A stretch of 64,000 nt of DNA, taken from the NCBI GenBank assembly GCA_964016885.1, contig OZ024743.1, positions 133,610,001 to 133,674,000 on the forward strand, written 5' to 3'. The notes below the pieces were generated by a model. The model was given only the letters and a program-made list of their open reading frames with translations. It made no database searches and was not told the DNA's origin. The position numbers and the translations under genes were made by a program. This DNA is from Eledone cirrhosa. Taxonomy: Eukaryota. Below are positions 1 to 12,200 of this stretch, in pieces. How positions within the stretch are numbered: the first letter of the stretch is position 1; each line of letters starts with the position of its first letter.

Positions 1-1088
1 GTGCTTGGTGCTTGGTGCTTGGTGCTTGGTGCTTGGTGTTAGGTGTTTGGTGCTTGGTGCTTGGTGTTTGATGTTTGGTCCTTGGTGCTTGGTGTTTGGT
101 TTTTGGTGCTTGGTGCTTGGTGTTTGGTGTTTGGTGCTTGCTGCTTGGTGTTTGGTGCTTGGTGTTTGGGGCTTGGTGTTCGGTGCTTGGCGCTTGGTGC
201 TTGGGGCTTGGTGTTTGGTGTTTGGTGCTTGGTGCTTGGTGTTTGATGTTGGGTCCTTGGTGCTTGGTGTTTGGTGTTTGGTGCTTGGTGTTTGGTGTTT
301 GGTGCTTGGTGCTTGGTGTTTGGTGTTTGGTGCTTGGTGCTTGGGGCTTGGTGTTTGGTGCTTGGTGCTTGGTGTTTGGTGCTTGGTGCTTGGGGCTTGG
401 TATTTGGTGCTTGGTGCTTGGTGCCTGGTGTTTGGTGTTTGGTGCTTGGTGCTTAGTGTTTGGTGCTTGGTGCTTGGTGCTTGTTGTTTGGTGCTTGGTG
501 CTTGGTGCTTGGTCTTTGGTGCATGGTGTTTGGTGTTTGGTGTTTGGTGCTTGGTGCTTGGTGTTTGATGTTGGGTCCTTGGTGCTTGGTGTTTGGTGTT
601 TGGTGCTTGGTGTTTGGTGTTTGGTGCTTGGTGCTTGGTGTTTGGTGTTTGGTGCTTGGTGCTTGGGGCTTGGTGTTTGGTGCTTGGTGCTTGGTGTTTG
701 GTGCTTGGTGTTTGGGGCTTGGTGTTTGGTGCTTGGTGCTTGGTGCTGGGTGGTTGGTGTTTGGTGCTTGGTGCTTAGTGTTTGGTGCTTGGTGCTTGGT
801 GCTTGTTGTTTGGTGCTTGGTGCTTGGTGCTTGGTCTTTGGTGCATGGTGTTTGGTGTTTGGTGCTTGGTGCTTGGTGCTTGGTGCTTGGTGTTTGGTGC
901 TTGGTGTTTGGTGCTTGGTGTTTGGTGCTTGGTGCTTGGTGATTAGTGTTTGGTGCTTGGTGCTTGCGGTTTGGTGTTCGGTGCTTGGGGTTTGGTGCTT
1001 GGTGCTTGGTGTTTGGTGCTTGGTGCTTGGTGTTTGGTGTTTGGTGCTGGGTGCATGGAGTTTGGTGCTTGGTGCTTAGTGCTTGGTG
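1..1088 (+). repeat. About 1.09 kb block present in three copies (1-1088, ~6908-7995, ~12897-13984)
   Basis: Identical ORF translations at 43..246, 6950..7153 and 12939..13142, and at 75..1079, 6982..7986 and 12971..13975. Offset 6907 = 987x7-2, matching the two 6-bp units at ~2072 and ~3219. Confidence 0.92.
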
Positions 1089-4000
1089 CTTGGTGCTTGG
1101 TGTTTTGTGTTTGGTGCTTGGTGCTTGGTGCCTGGTGCTTGGTGCTTGGTGCTTGTTGTTTGGTGCTTGGTGCTTGGTGATTAGTATTTGGTGCTTGGTG
1201 CTTGCGGTTTGATGTTTGGTGCTTGGGGTTTGGTGTTTGTTGCTTGGTGCTTGGTGTTTGGTGCTTGGTGCTTGGTGCTTGGTGTTTGGTGCTTGGTGCT
1301 TGGTGTTTGGTGCTTGGTGCTTGGTGTTTGGTGCTTGGTGTTTGGTGCTTGGTGCTTGGTGCTTGGTGCTTGGTGTTTGGTGTTAGGTGTTTGGTGCTTG
1401 GTGCTTGGTGTTTGATGTTTGGTCCTTGGTGCTTGGTGTTTGGTTTTTGGTGCTTGGTGCTTGGTGTTTGGTGTTTGGTGCTTGCTGCTTGCTGCTTGGT
1501 GTTTGGTGCTTGGTGTTTGGGGCTTGGTGTTCGGTGCTTGGCGCTTGGTGCTTGGGGCTTGGTGTTTGGTGTTTGGTGCTTGGTGCTTGGTATTTGATGT
1601 TGGGTCCTTGGTGCTTGGTGTTTGGTGTTTGGTGCTTGGTGTTTGGTGTTTGGTGCTTGGTGCTTGGTGTTTGGTGTTTGGTGCTTGGTGCTTGGGGCTT
1701 GGTGTTTGGTGCTTGGTGCTTGGTGTTTGGTGCTTCGTGCTTGGGGCTTGGTATTTGGTGCTTGGTGCTTGGTGACTGGTGTTTGGTGTTTGGTGTTTGG
1801 GGCTTGGTGTTTGGTGCTTGGTGCTTGGTGCTGGGTGGTTGGTGTTTGGTTCTTGGTGCTTGGTCTTTGGTGTTTGTTGCTTGGTGTTTGGTGCTTGGTG
1901 TTTGGTGCTGGGTGCTTGGTGTTTGGTGCTCGGTGCTTGGTGCTTGGTGCTTGGTGCTTGGTGTTTGGTGTTTGGTGCTTGGTGTTTGGTGTTTGGTGTT
2001 TGATGCTTGGTGTTTGATGCTTGTTGCTTGGTGCTTGGTGTTTTGTGTTTGGTGTTTGGTGCTTGGTGTATCTACTTGGTGTTTGGGGCTTGGTGCTTGG
2101 TGCATGGTGCTTGGTGTTTGGTGCTTGGTGCCTGGTGCTTGGTGTTTGGTGCTTGGTGCTTGGTGCTTGGTGTTTGGTGCTTGGTGTTTGGTGCTTGGTG
2201 CTTGGTGTTTGGTGCTTGGTGTTTGGTGCTTGGTGTTCGGTGCTTGGTTCTTGGTGCTTGGTGCTTGGTGTTAGGTGTTTGGTGCTTGGTGCTTGGTGTT
2301 TGGTGCTTGGTGCTTGGTGCTGGGTGGTTGGTGTTTGGTGTTTGGTGCTGGGTGCTTGGTGCTTATTGTTTGGTGCTTGGTGCTTGGTGCTTGGTGCTTG
2401 GTGCTTGGTCTTTGGTGCTTGGTGTTTGGTGTTTGGTGCTTGGTGCTTGGTGTTTGGTGTTTGGTGCTTGCTGCTTGCTGCTTGGTGTTTGGTGCTTGGT
2501 GATTGGTGCTTGGTGTTTTGTGCTTGGTGCTTGGTGTTTGGTGTTTGGTGCTAGGGGCTTGGTGCTTGGTGCTTGGTGTTTGGTGCTTGGTGTTTGCTGT
2601 TTGGTGTTTGGTGCTTGGTGCGTGGGACTTAGTGTTTGGTGTTTGGTGTTTGATGCTTGGTGTTTGCTGCTTGGTGCTTGGTGCTTGGTGTTTTGTGTCT
2701 GGTGCTTGGTGCTTGGTGCCTGGTGCTTGGTGCTTGGTGCTTGTTGTTTGGTGCTTGGTGATTGGTGATTAGTGTCTGGTGCTTGGTGCTTGCGGTTTGG
2801 TGTTCGGTGCTTGGGGTTTGGTGCTTGGTGCTTGGTGTTTGGTGCTTGGTGCTTGGTGTTTGGTGCTTGGTGCTTGGTGTTTGGTGTTTGGCGTTTGCTG
2901 TTTGCTGTTTGGTGTTTGGTGTTTGCTGTTTGGTGTTTGCTGTTTGGTGTTTGGTGTTTGGTGCTTGCTGTTTGGTGCTTGGTGTTTGGTGTTTGGTGTT
3001 TGGTGTTTGGTGCTTGGTGCTTGGTGTTTGGTGCTTGGTGCTTGGTGCTGGGTGTTTGGTGCTTGGTGCTTGGTGTTTGGTGCTTGGTGCTTGGTGCTTG
3101 GTGTTTGGTCCTTGGTGCTTGGTGGTTGGTCTTTGGTGCTTGGGTTTTGGTGTTTGGTGCTTGGTGCTTGGTGTTTGGTGCTTGGTTCTTGGTGCTTGGT
3201 GCTTGGTGTTTGGTGATTCTGCTTGGTGCTTGGTGTTTGGTGCTTGGTGCTTGGTGATTAGTGTTTGGTGATTGGTGCTTGGGGTTTGCTGTTTGGTGTT
3301 TGGTGTTTGGTGCTTGGTGCTTGCTGTTTGGTGTTTGGTGTTTGGTTCTTGGTGCTTGGTGTTTGGTGTTTGGTGTTTGGTGCTTGGTGCTTGGTGCTTG
3401 GTGTTTGGTGCTTGGTGCTTGGTGCTTGGTGTTTGGTGCTTGGTGCTTGGTGGCTGGTGCTTGGTGCTTGGTGTTTGTAGTTTGGTGCTTGGTGCTTGGT
3501 GCCTCGTGTTTCGTGCTTGGTGCTTGGTGCTTGGTGCTTGGTGCTTGGTGCTTGGTGTTTGGTGCTTGGTGTTTGATGCTGCGTGCTTGTTGTTTGGTGC
3601 TTGGTGCTTCGTGCTTGGTGTTTGGTGTTTGGTGCTTGGTGCTTGGTGTTTGGTGCTTGGTGTTTGGTGTTTGGTGTTTGATGCTTGGTGTTTGCTGCTT
3701 GGTGCTTGGTGCTTGGTGTTTTGTGTTTGGTGCTTGGTGCTTGGTGCCTGGTGCTTGGTGCTTGGTGCTTGTTGTTTGGTGCTTGGTGCTTGGTGATTAG
3801 TATTTGGTGCTTGGTGCTTGCGGTTTGATGTTTGGTGCTTGGGGTTTGGTGTTTGTTGCTTGGTGCTTGGTGTTTGGTGCTTGGTGCTTGGTGCTTGGTG
3901 TTTGGTGCTTGGTGCTTGGTGTTTGGTGCTTGGTGCTTGGTGTTTGGTGCTTGGTGTTTGGTGCTTGGTGCTTGGTGCTTGGTGCTTGGTGCTTGGTGTT

Positions 4001-4480
4001 AGGTGTTTGGTGCTTGGTGCTTGGTGTTTGATGTTTGGTCCTTGGTGCTTGGTGTTTGGTTTTTGGTGCTTGGTGCTTGGTGTTTGGTGTTTGGTGCTTG
4101 CTGCTTGCTGCTTGGTGTTTGGTGCTTGGTGTTTGGGGCTTGGTGTTCGGTGCTTGGCGCTTGGTGCTTGGGGCTTGGTGTTTGGTGTTTGGTGCTTGGT
4201 GCTTGGTATTTGATGTTGGGTCCTTGGTGCTTGGTGTTTGGTGTTTGGTGCTTGGTGTTTGGTGTTTGGTGCTTGGTGCTTGGTGTTTGGTGTTTGGTGC
4301 TTGGTGCTTGGGGCTTGGTGTTTGGTGCTTGGTGCTTGGTGTTTGGTGCTTGGTGCTTGGGGCTTGGTATTTGGTGCTTGGTGCTTGGTGACTGGTGTTT
4401 GGTGTTTGGTGTTTGGGGCTTGGTGTTTGGTGCTTGGTGCTTGGTGCTGGGTGGTTGGTGTTTGGTTCTTGGTGCTTGGT
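1085..4480 (+). repeat. Direct repeat of about 0.78 kb (~1085-1864 and ~3701-4480), offset 2616
   Basis: ORF 1188..1415 matches 3804..4031. ORFs 1202..1597 and 1419..1775 are near-identical to 3818..4213 and 4035..4391. Both copies share the rare units AGTATTT and GGTGACT. 2616 = 374x7-2. Confidence 0.88.
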
Positions 4481-6253
4481 GTTTGGTGCTTGGTGCTTGG
4501 TGCTTGTTGTTTGGTGCTTGGTGCTTGGTGCTTGGTCTTTGGTGCATGGTGTTTGGTGTTTGGTGCTTGGTGCTTGGTGCTTGGTGCTTGGTGTTTGGTG
4601 CTTGGTGTATGGTGCTTGGTGTTTGGTGCTTGGTGCTTGGTGATTAGTGTTTGGTGCTTGGTGCTTGCGGTTTGGTGTTCGGTGCTTGGGGTTTGGTGCT
4701 TGGTGCTTGGTGTTTGCTGCTTGGTGCTTGGTGTTTGGTGCTTGGTGCTTGGTGTTTGGTGTTTGGTGCTTGGTGTTTGGTGTTTGGTGCTTGGTGCTTG
4801 GTGCTTGGGGTTTGGTGTTTGGTGCTTGGTGCTTGGTGTTTGGTGTTTGGTGCTGGGTGCATGGAGTTTGGTGCTTGGTGCTTGGTGCTTGGTGTTTGGT
4901 GTTTGGTGCTGGGTGCATGGAGTTTGGTGCTTGGTGCTTAGTGCTTGGTGTGTGGTGCTTGGTGCTTGGTGCTTTGTGTTTGGTGCTTGGTGCTTGGTGC
5001 CTGGTGCTTGGTGCTTGGTGCTTGTTGTTTGGTGCTTGGTGCTTGGTGATTAGTGTTTGGTGCTTGGTGCTTGCGGTTTGATGTTTGGTGCTTGGGGTTT
5101 GGTGTTTGTTGCTTGGTGCTTGGTGTTTGGTGCTTGGTGCTTGGTGCTTGGTGTTTGGTGCTTGGTGCTTGGTGTTTGGTGCTTGGTGCTTGGTGTTTGG
5201 TGCTTGGTGTTTGGTGCTTGGTGCTTGGTGCTTGGTGCTTGGTGTTAGGTGTTTGGTGCTTGGTGCTTGGTGTTTGATGTTTGGTCCTTGGTGCTTGGTG
5301 TTTGGTTTTTGATGTTTGGTGCTTGGGGTTTGGTGTTTGTTGCTTGCTGCTTGGTGTTTGGTGCTTGGTGCTTGGTGCTTGGTGTTTGGTGCTTGGTTCT
5401 TGGTGTTTGGTGTTTGGTGCTTGGTGTTTGGGGCTTGGTGTTCGGTGCTTGGTGCTTGGTGCTTGGGGCTTGGTGTTTGGTGTTTGGTGCTTGGTGCTTG
5501 GTGTTTGATGTTGGGTCCTTGGTGCTTGGTGTTTGGTGTTTGGTGCTTGGTGTTTGGTGTTTGGTGCTTGGTGCTTGGTGTTTGGTGTTTGGTGCTTGGT
5601 GCTTGGGGCTTGGTGTTTGGTGCTTGGTGCTTGGTGTTTGGTGCTTGGTGCTTGGGGCTTGGTATTTGGTGCTTGGTGCTTGGTGCCTGGTGTTTGGTGT
5701 TTGGTGTTTGGGGCTTGGTGTTTGGTGCTTGGTGCTTGGTGATGGGTGGTTGGTGTTTGGTGCTTGGTGCTTGGTGTTTGGTGCTTGGTGCTTGGTGCTT
5801 GTTGTTTGGTGCTTGGTGCTTGGTGCTTGGTCTTTGGTGCATGGTGTTTGGTGTTTGGTGCTTGGTGCTTGGTGCTTGGTGCTTGTTGTTTGGTGCTTGG
5901 TGCTTGGTGATTAGTGTCTGGTGCTTGGTGCTTGCGGTTTGGTGTTCGGTGCTTGGGGTTTGGTGCTTGGTGCTTGGTGTTTGGTGCTTGGTGCTTGGTG
6001 TTTGGTGCTTGGTGCTTGGTGTTTGGTGTTTGGCGTTTGCTGTTTGCTGTTTGGTGTTTGGTGTTTGCTGTTTGGTGTTTGCTGTTTGGTGTTTGGTGTT
6101 TGGTGCTTGCTGTTTGGTGCTTGGTGCTTGGTGTTTGGTGTTTGGTGTTTGGTGCTTGGTGCTTGGTGTTTGGTGCTTGGTGCTTGGTGCTGGGTGTTTG
6201 GTGCTTGGTGCTTGGTGTTTGGTGCTTGGTGCTTGGTGATTAGTGTTTGGTGA

Positions 6254-9200
6254 TTGGTGCTTGGGGTTTGCTGTTTGGTGCTTGGTGTTTGGTGCTTGGT
6301 GCTTGCTGTTTGGTGTTTGGTGTTTGGTGCTTGGTGCTTGGTGCTTGGTGTTTGGTGCTTGGTGCTTGGTGCTTGGTGTTTGGTGCTTGGTGCTTGGTGG
6401 CTGGTGCTTGGTGCTTGGTGTTTGTAGTTTGGTGCTTGGTGCTTGGTGCCTGGTGTTTCGTGCTTGGTGCTTGGTGCTTGGTGCTTGGTGCTTGGTGCTT
6501 GGTGTTTGGTGCTTGGTGTTTGATGCTGCGTGCTTGTTGTTTGGTGCTTGGTGCTTCGTGCTTGGTGTTTGGTGTTTGGTGCTTGGTGCTTGGTGTTTGG
6601 TGCTTGGTGTTTGGTGTTTGGTGTTTGATGCTTGGTGTTTGCTGCTTGGTGCTTGGTGCTTGGTGTTTTGTGTTTGGTGCTTGGTGCTTGGTGCCTGGTG
6701 CTTGGTGCTTGGTGCTTGTTGTTTGGTGCTTGGTGCTTGGTGATTAGTGTTTGGTGCTTGGTGCTTGCGGTTTGATGTTTGGTGCTTGGGGTTTGGTGTT
6801 TGTTGCTTGGTGCTTGGTGTTTGGTGCTTGGTGCTTCGTGCTTGGTGTTTGGTGCTTGGTGCTTGGTGTTTGGTGCTTGGTGCTTGGTGTTTGGTGCTTG
6901 GTGTTTGGTGCTTGGTGCTTGGTGCTTGGTGCTTGGTGCTTGGTGTTAGGTGTTTGGTGCTTGGTGCTTGGTGTTTGATGTTTGGTCCTTGGTGCTTGGT
7001 GTTTGGTTTTTGGTGCTTGGTGCTTGGTGTTTGGTGTTTGGTGCTTGCTGCTTGGTGTTTGGTGCTTGGTGTTTGGGGCTTGGTGTTCGGTGCTTGGCGC
7101 TTGGTGCTTGGGGCTTGGTGTTTGGTGTTTGGTGCTTGGTGCTTGGTGTTTGATGTTGGGTCCTTGGTGCTTGGTGTTTGGTGTTTGGTGCTTGGTGTTT
7201 GGTGTTTGGTGCTTGGTGCTTGGTGTTTGGTGTTTGGTGCTTGGTGCTTGGGGCTTGGTGTTTGGTGCTTGGTGCTTGGTGTTTGGTGCTTGGTGCTTGG
7301 GGCTTGGTATTTGGTGCTTGGTGCTTGGTGCCTGGTGTTTGGTGTTTGGTGCTTGGTGCTTAGTGTTTGGTGCTTGGTGCTTGGTGCTTGTTGTTTGGTG
7401 CTTGGTGCTTGGTGCTTGGTCTTTGGTGCATGGTGTTTGGTGTTTGGTGTTTGGTGCTTGGTGCTTGGTGTTTGATGTTGGGTCCTTGGTGCTTGGTGTT
7501 TGGTGTTTGGTGCTTGGTGTTTGGTGTTTGGTGCTTGGTGCTTGGTGTTTGGTGTTTGGTGCTTGGTGCTTGGGGCTTGGTGTTTGGTGCTTGGTGCTTG
7601 GTGTTTGGTGCTTGGTGTTTGGGGCTTGGTGTTTGGTGCTTGGTGCTTGGTGCTGGGTGGTTGGTGTTTGGTGCTTGGTGCTTAGTGTTTGGTGCTTGGT
7701 GCTTGGTGCTTGTTGTTTGGTGCTTGGTGCTTGGTGCTTGGTCTTTGGTGCATGGTGTTTGGTGTTTGGTGCTTGGTGCTTGGTGCTTGGTGCTTGGTGT
7801 TTGGTGCTTGGTGTTTGGTGCTTGGTGTTTGGTGCTTGGTGCTTGGTGATTAGTGTTTGGTGCTTGGTGCTTGCGGTTTGGTGTTCGGTGCTTGGGGTTT
7901 GGTGCTTGGTGCTTGGTGTTTGGTGCTTGGTGCTTGGTGTTTGGTGTTTGGTGCTGGGTGCATGGAGTTTGGTGCTTGGTGCTTAGTGCTTGGTGTTTGG
8001 TGTTTGCTGCTTGGTGTCTGGTGTTTGGTGCTTGGTGTTTGGTGTTTGGTGCTTGGTGCTTGGTGCTTGGTGTTTGGTGTTTGGTGCTTGGTCGTTTGCT
8101 GTTTGGTGTTTGCTGTTTGGTGTTTGGTGTTTGGTGCTTGCTGTTTGGTGCTTGGTGCTTGGTGTTTTGTGTTTGGTGCTTGGGGCTTGATGTTTGGTGT
8201 TTGGTGCTTGGTGTTTGGTGCTTGGTGCTTGGTGCTGGGTGTTTGGTGCTTGGTGTTTGGTGTTTGGTGCTTGGTGCTTGGTGATTGGTGTTTTGTGTTT
8301 GTTGTTTGCTGTTTGGTGTTTGGTGTTTGCTCTTTGCTGTTTGGTGTCTGCTTTTTCGTGTTTGGTGTTTGCTGTATGGTGTTTGCTGTTTCATGTTTGG
8401 TGTTTGGTGCTTGGTGCTTGGTGCTTGGTGTTTGGTGTTTGGTGCTTGGTGTTTGGTGCTTAGTGCTTGGTGTTTGGTGTTTGGTGCTTGGTGCCTGGTG
8501 CTTGTTGTTTGGTGCTTGGTGCTTGGTGCTTGGTGTTTTGTGTTTGTTGTTTGCTGTTTGATGTTTGGTGTTTGCTCTTTGCTGTTTGGTGTCTGCTTTT
8601 TCGTGTTTGCTGTTTGCTGTTTGGTGTTTCCTATTTGCTGTTTGGTGTTTGGTGCTTGGTGCTTGGTGCTTGGTGTTTGGTGTTTGGTGCTTGGTGTTTG
8701 GTGCTTAGTGCTTGGTGTTTGGTGTTTGGTGCTTGGTGCCTGGTGCTTGTTGTTTGGTGTTTGGTGCTTGGTGCTTGATGTTTGGTGTTTGGTGCTTGGT
8801 GTCTGGTGTTTGGTGCTTGGTGTTTGGTGTTTGGTGCTTGGTGCTTGGTGTTTGGTGTTTGGTGCTTGGTGCTTGGTGTTTGGTGTTTTGTGCTTGGTGT
8901 TTGGTGCTTGGTGCTTGGTGTTTGTACTTGGTGCTTGGTGCTTGGTGTTTGGTGCTTGGTGCTTGGTGTTTGGTGCTTGGTTCTTGGTGTTTGGTGCTTG
9001 GTGCTTGGTGTTTGGTGCTTGGTGCTTGGTGTTTGGTGTTTGGTGCTTGGTGTTTGGTGCTTGGTGCTTGGTGCTTGGTGGTTGGTGTTAGGTGTTTGGT
9101 GCTTGGTGCTTGGTGTTTTGTGCTTGGTGCTTGGTGTTTGGTGCTTGGTGTTTGGTGCTTGGTGTTTGGTGTTTGGTGTTTGGTGCTTGGTGCTTGGTGT

Positions 9201-12200
9201 TTGGTGCTTGGTGCTTGGTGCTTGTTGTTTGGTGATTGGTGCTTGGTGCTTGGTGTTTGGTGTTTGGTGCTTGGTGCTTGGTGTTTGGTGCTGCATGCTT
9301 GGTGCTTGGTGCTTGGTGCTTGGTGTTTTGTGTATGGTGTTTGATGCTTGGTGTTTGGTGTTTGGTGTTTGGTGCTTGGGGCTTGGTGTTTGGTGCTGCA
9401 TGCTTGGTGCTTGGTGCTTGGTGCTTGGTGTTTTGTGTATGGTGTTTGATTCTTGGTGTTTGGTGTTTGGTGCTTGGTGCTTGGTGTTTGGTGTTTGATG
9501 CTTGGTGTTTGGTGTTTGGTGCTTGGTGCTTGGTGTCTGGTGCTTGGTGCTTGGTGTTTGTACTTGGTGCTTGGTGCTTGGTGTTTGGTGCTTGGTGTTT
9601 GTTGCTTGGTGCTTGGTGTTTGGTGCTTGGTGCTTGGTGTTTGGTGCTTGGTGCTTGGTGTTTGGTGCTTGGTGTTTGGTGCTTGGTGCTTGGTGCTTGT
9701 TGTTAGGTGTTTGGTGCTTCATGCTTGGTGCTTGGTGTTTTGTGCTTTGTTCTTGGTGTTTGGTGCTTGGTGCCTGGTGCATGGTGTTTGTTGCTTGGTG
9801 CTTGGTGTTTGGTGTTTGGTGCTTGGTGTTTGGTGCTTGGTGCTTGATGCTTGGTGTTAGGTGTTAGGTGTTTGGTGCTTGGTGCTTGGTGCTTGGTGCT
9901 TGGTGCTAGGTGTTTGGTGCTTGCTACTTGCTTCTTGCTGCTTGGTGTTTGGTGCTTGGTGATTGGTGCTTGGTGTTTGGTGCTTGGTGCTTGGTGCTTG
10001 GTGTTTGGTGGTTGGTGCTTGGTGCTTGGTGTTTGGTGCTAAGTGCTTGGTGCTTGGTGTTTAGGGCTTGGTGTTTGGTGCTTGGTGCTTCGTGCTTGGT
10101 GTTTGGTGCTTGGTGCTTGGTGTTTGGTGTTTGGTGCTTGGTGTTTGGTGCTTGGTGCTTGGTGCTGGGTGGTAGGCGTTCGGTGCTTGGTGCTTGGTGT
10201 TTGGTGCTTGGTGCTTGGTGCTTGGTGTTTGGTGCTTGGTGCTTGGTGCTTGGTCTTTGGTGCTTGGTGTTTGGTGTTTGGTGCTTGTTGCTTGGTATTT
10301 GGTGCTTGGTGCTTGGTGATTAGTGTTTGGTGCTTGGTGCTTGGGGTTTGGTGTTGGTTCTTGGTGCTTGGTGTTTGGTGCTTGGTGCTTGGTGTTTGGT
10401 GCTTGGTGTTTGGTGTTTGCTGTTTGGTGTTTGGTGTTTGGTATTTGGTGTTTGCTTCTTGCTGTTTGGTGTCTGCTTTTTGGTGTTTGGTCTTTGCTCT
10501 ATGGTGTTTGCTGTTTGGTGTTTGGTGTTTGGTGTTTGGTGCTTGGGGTTTGGTGGTTGGTGCTTGGTGCTTGGTGTTTGGTGTTTGGTGTTTGGTGTTT
10601 GGTGTTTGGTGCTTGGTGCTTGGTGTTTGGTGCTTGGTGCTTGGTGCTTGTTGTTTGGTGTTTGGCGTTTGGTGTTTGGTGCTTGGTGCTTGGTGTTTGG
10701 TGCTTGGTGATTGGTGTTTCGTGCTGCGTGCTTGGTGTTTGGTGCTTGGTGCTTGGTGCTTGGTGTTTGGTGTTTGGTGTTTGATGCTTGGTGCTTGGTG
10801 CTTGGTGTTTGGTGTTTGGTGCTTGGTGCTTGGTGCTTGGTGCTTGGTGTTTGGTGCTTAGTGCTTGGTGTTTGGTGCATGGTGCTTGGTGTTTGGTGTT
10901 TGCTGTTTGCTGTTTGGTGTTTGCTGTTTGCTGTTTGGTGTTTGCTGTTTGGTGTTTGGTGTTTGGTGCTTGCTGTTTGGTGCTTGGTGCTTGGTGCTTG
11001 GGGCTTGGTGTTTGGTGCTTGGTGCTTGGTTCTTGGTGCTTGGTGTTTAGTGCTTGGTGCTTGGTGCTGGGTGTTTGGTGCTTGGTGCTTGGTGTTTGGT
11101 GCATGGTGCTTGGTGCTTGGTGTTTGTCGCTTGGTGCTTGGTGCTTGGTGTTTGGTGCTTGGTGTTTGGTGTTTGGTGCTTGGTGCTGGGTGTTTGGTGT
11201 TTGCTGTTTGCTGTTTGGTGTTTGGTGTTTGCTGTTTGCTGTTTGGTGTCTGATTTTTCGTGTTTGGTGTTTGCTGTATGGTGTTTGCTGTTTCATGTTT
11301 GGAGTTTGCTGTTTGCTGTTTGGTGTTTCCTGTTTGCTGTTTGGCGTTTGGTGCTTGGTTCTTGGTGCTTGGTGCTTGGTGTTTGGTGCTTAGTGCTTGG
11401 TGTTTGGTGCTTGGTGCCTGGTGATTGTTGTTTGGTGTTTGGTGCTTGGTGCTTGATGTTTGGTGTTTGGTGCTTGGTGTCTGGTGTTTGGTGCTTGGTG
11501 TTTGGTGTTTGGTGCTTGGTGCTTTGTGCTTGGTGTTTGGTGTTTGGTGCTTGGTGTTTGGTGTTTGGTGCTTTGTGCTTGGTGTTTGGTGCTTGGTGCT
11601 TGGTGCTTGGTGTTTGGTGTTTGGTGCTTGGTGCTTGGTGTTTGGTGTTTGGTGCTTGGTGTTTGATGCTTGGTGCTTGGTGCTTGGTGTTTGGTGCTTG
11701 GTGCTTGGTGTTTGTACTTGGTGCTTGGTGCTTGGTGTTTGGTGCTTGGTTCTTGGTGTTTGGTGCTTGGTGTTTGGTGCTTGGTGCTTGGTGTTTGGTG
11801 CTTGGTGCTTGGTGCTTGGTGTTTGGTGTTTGGTGCTTGGTGCTTGGTGTTTGGTGTTTGGTGCTTGGTGTTTGATGCTTGGTGCTTGGTGCTTGGTGTT
11901 TGGTGCTTGGTGCTTGGTGTTTTGTGCTTCGTGCTTGTTGCTTGGTGTTTGGTGCATGGTGCTTGGTGTTTGGTGCTTGGTGCCTGGTGCTTGGTGTTTG
12001 GTGCTTGGTGCTTGGTGTTTGGTGTTTGGTGCTTGGTGCTTGGTGCTTGGTGTTAGGTGTTTGGTGTTTGGTGTTTGGTGCTTGGTGATTGATGCTTGGT
12101 GTTTGGTGCTTGGTGCTTGGTGTTTGGTTTTTGGTGCTAGGTGCTTGGTGCTTGGTGTTTGGTGTTTGGTGCTTGGTGTTTGGTGCTTGGTGCTTGGTGC

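Noticed and set aside
3449-3462. Chi-like sequence (GCTGGTGC; also GCTGGGTGG elsewhere)
   Set aside because: It is not the E. coli Chi octamer GCTGGTGG, and near-matches are expected by chance in a GGTG-rich repeat.
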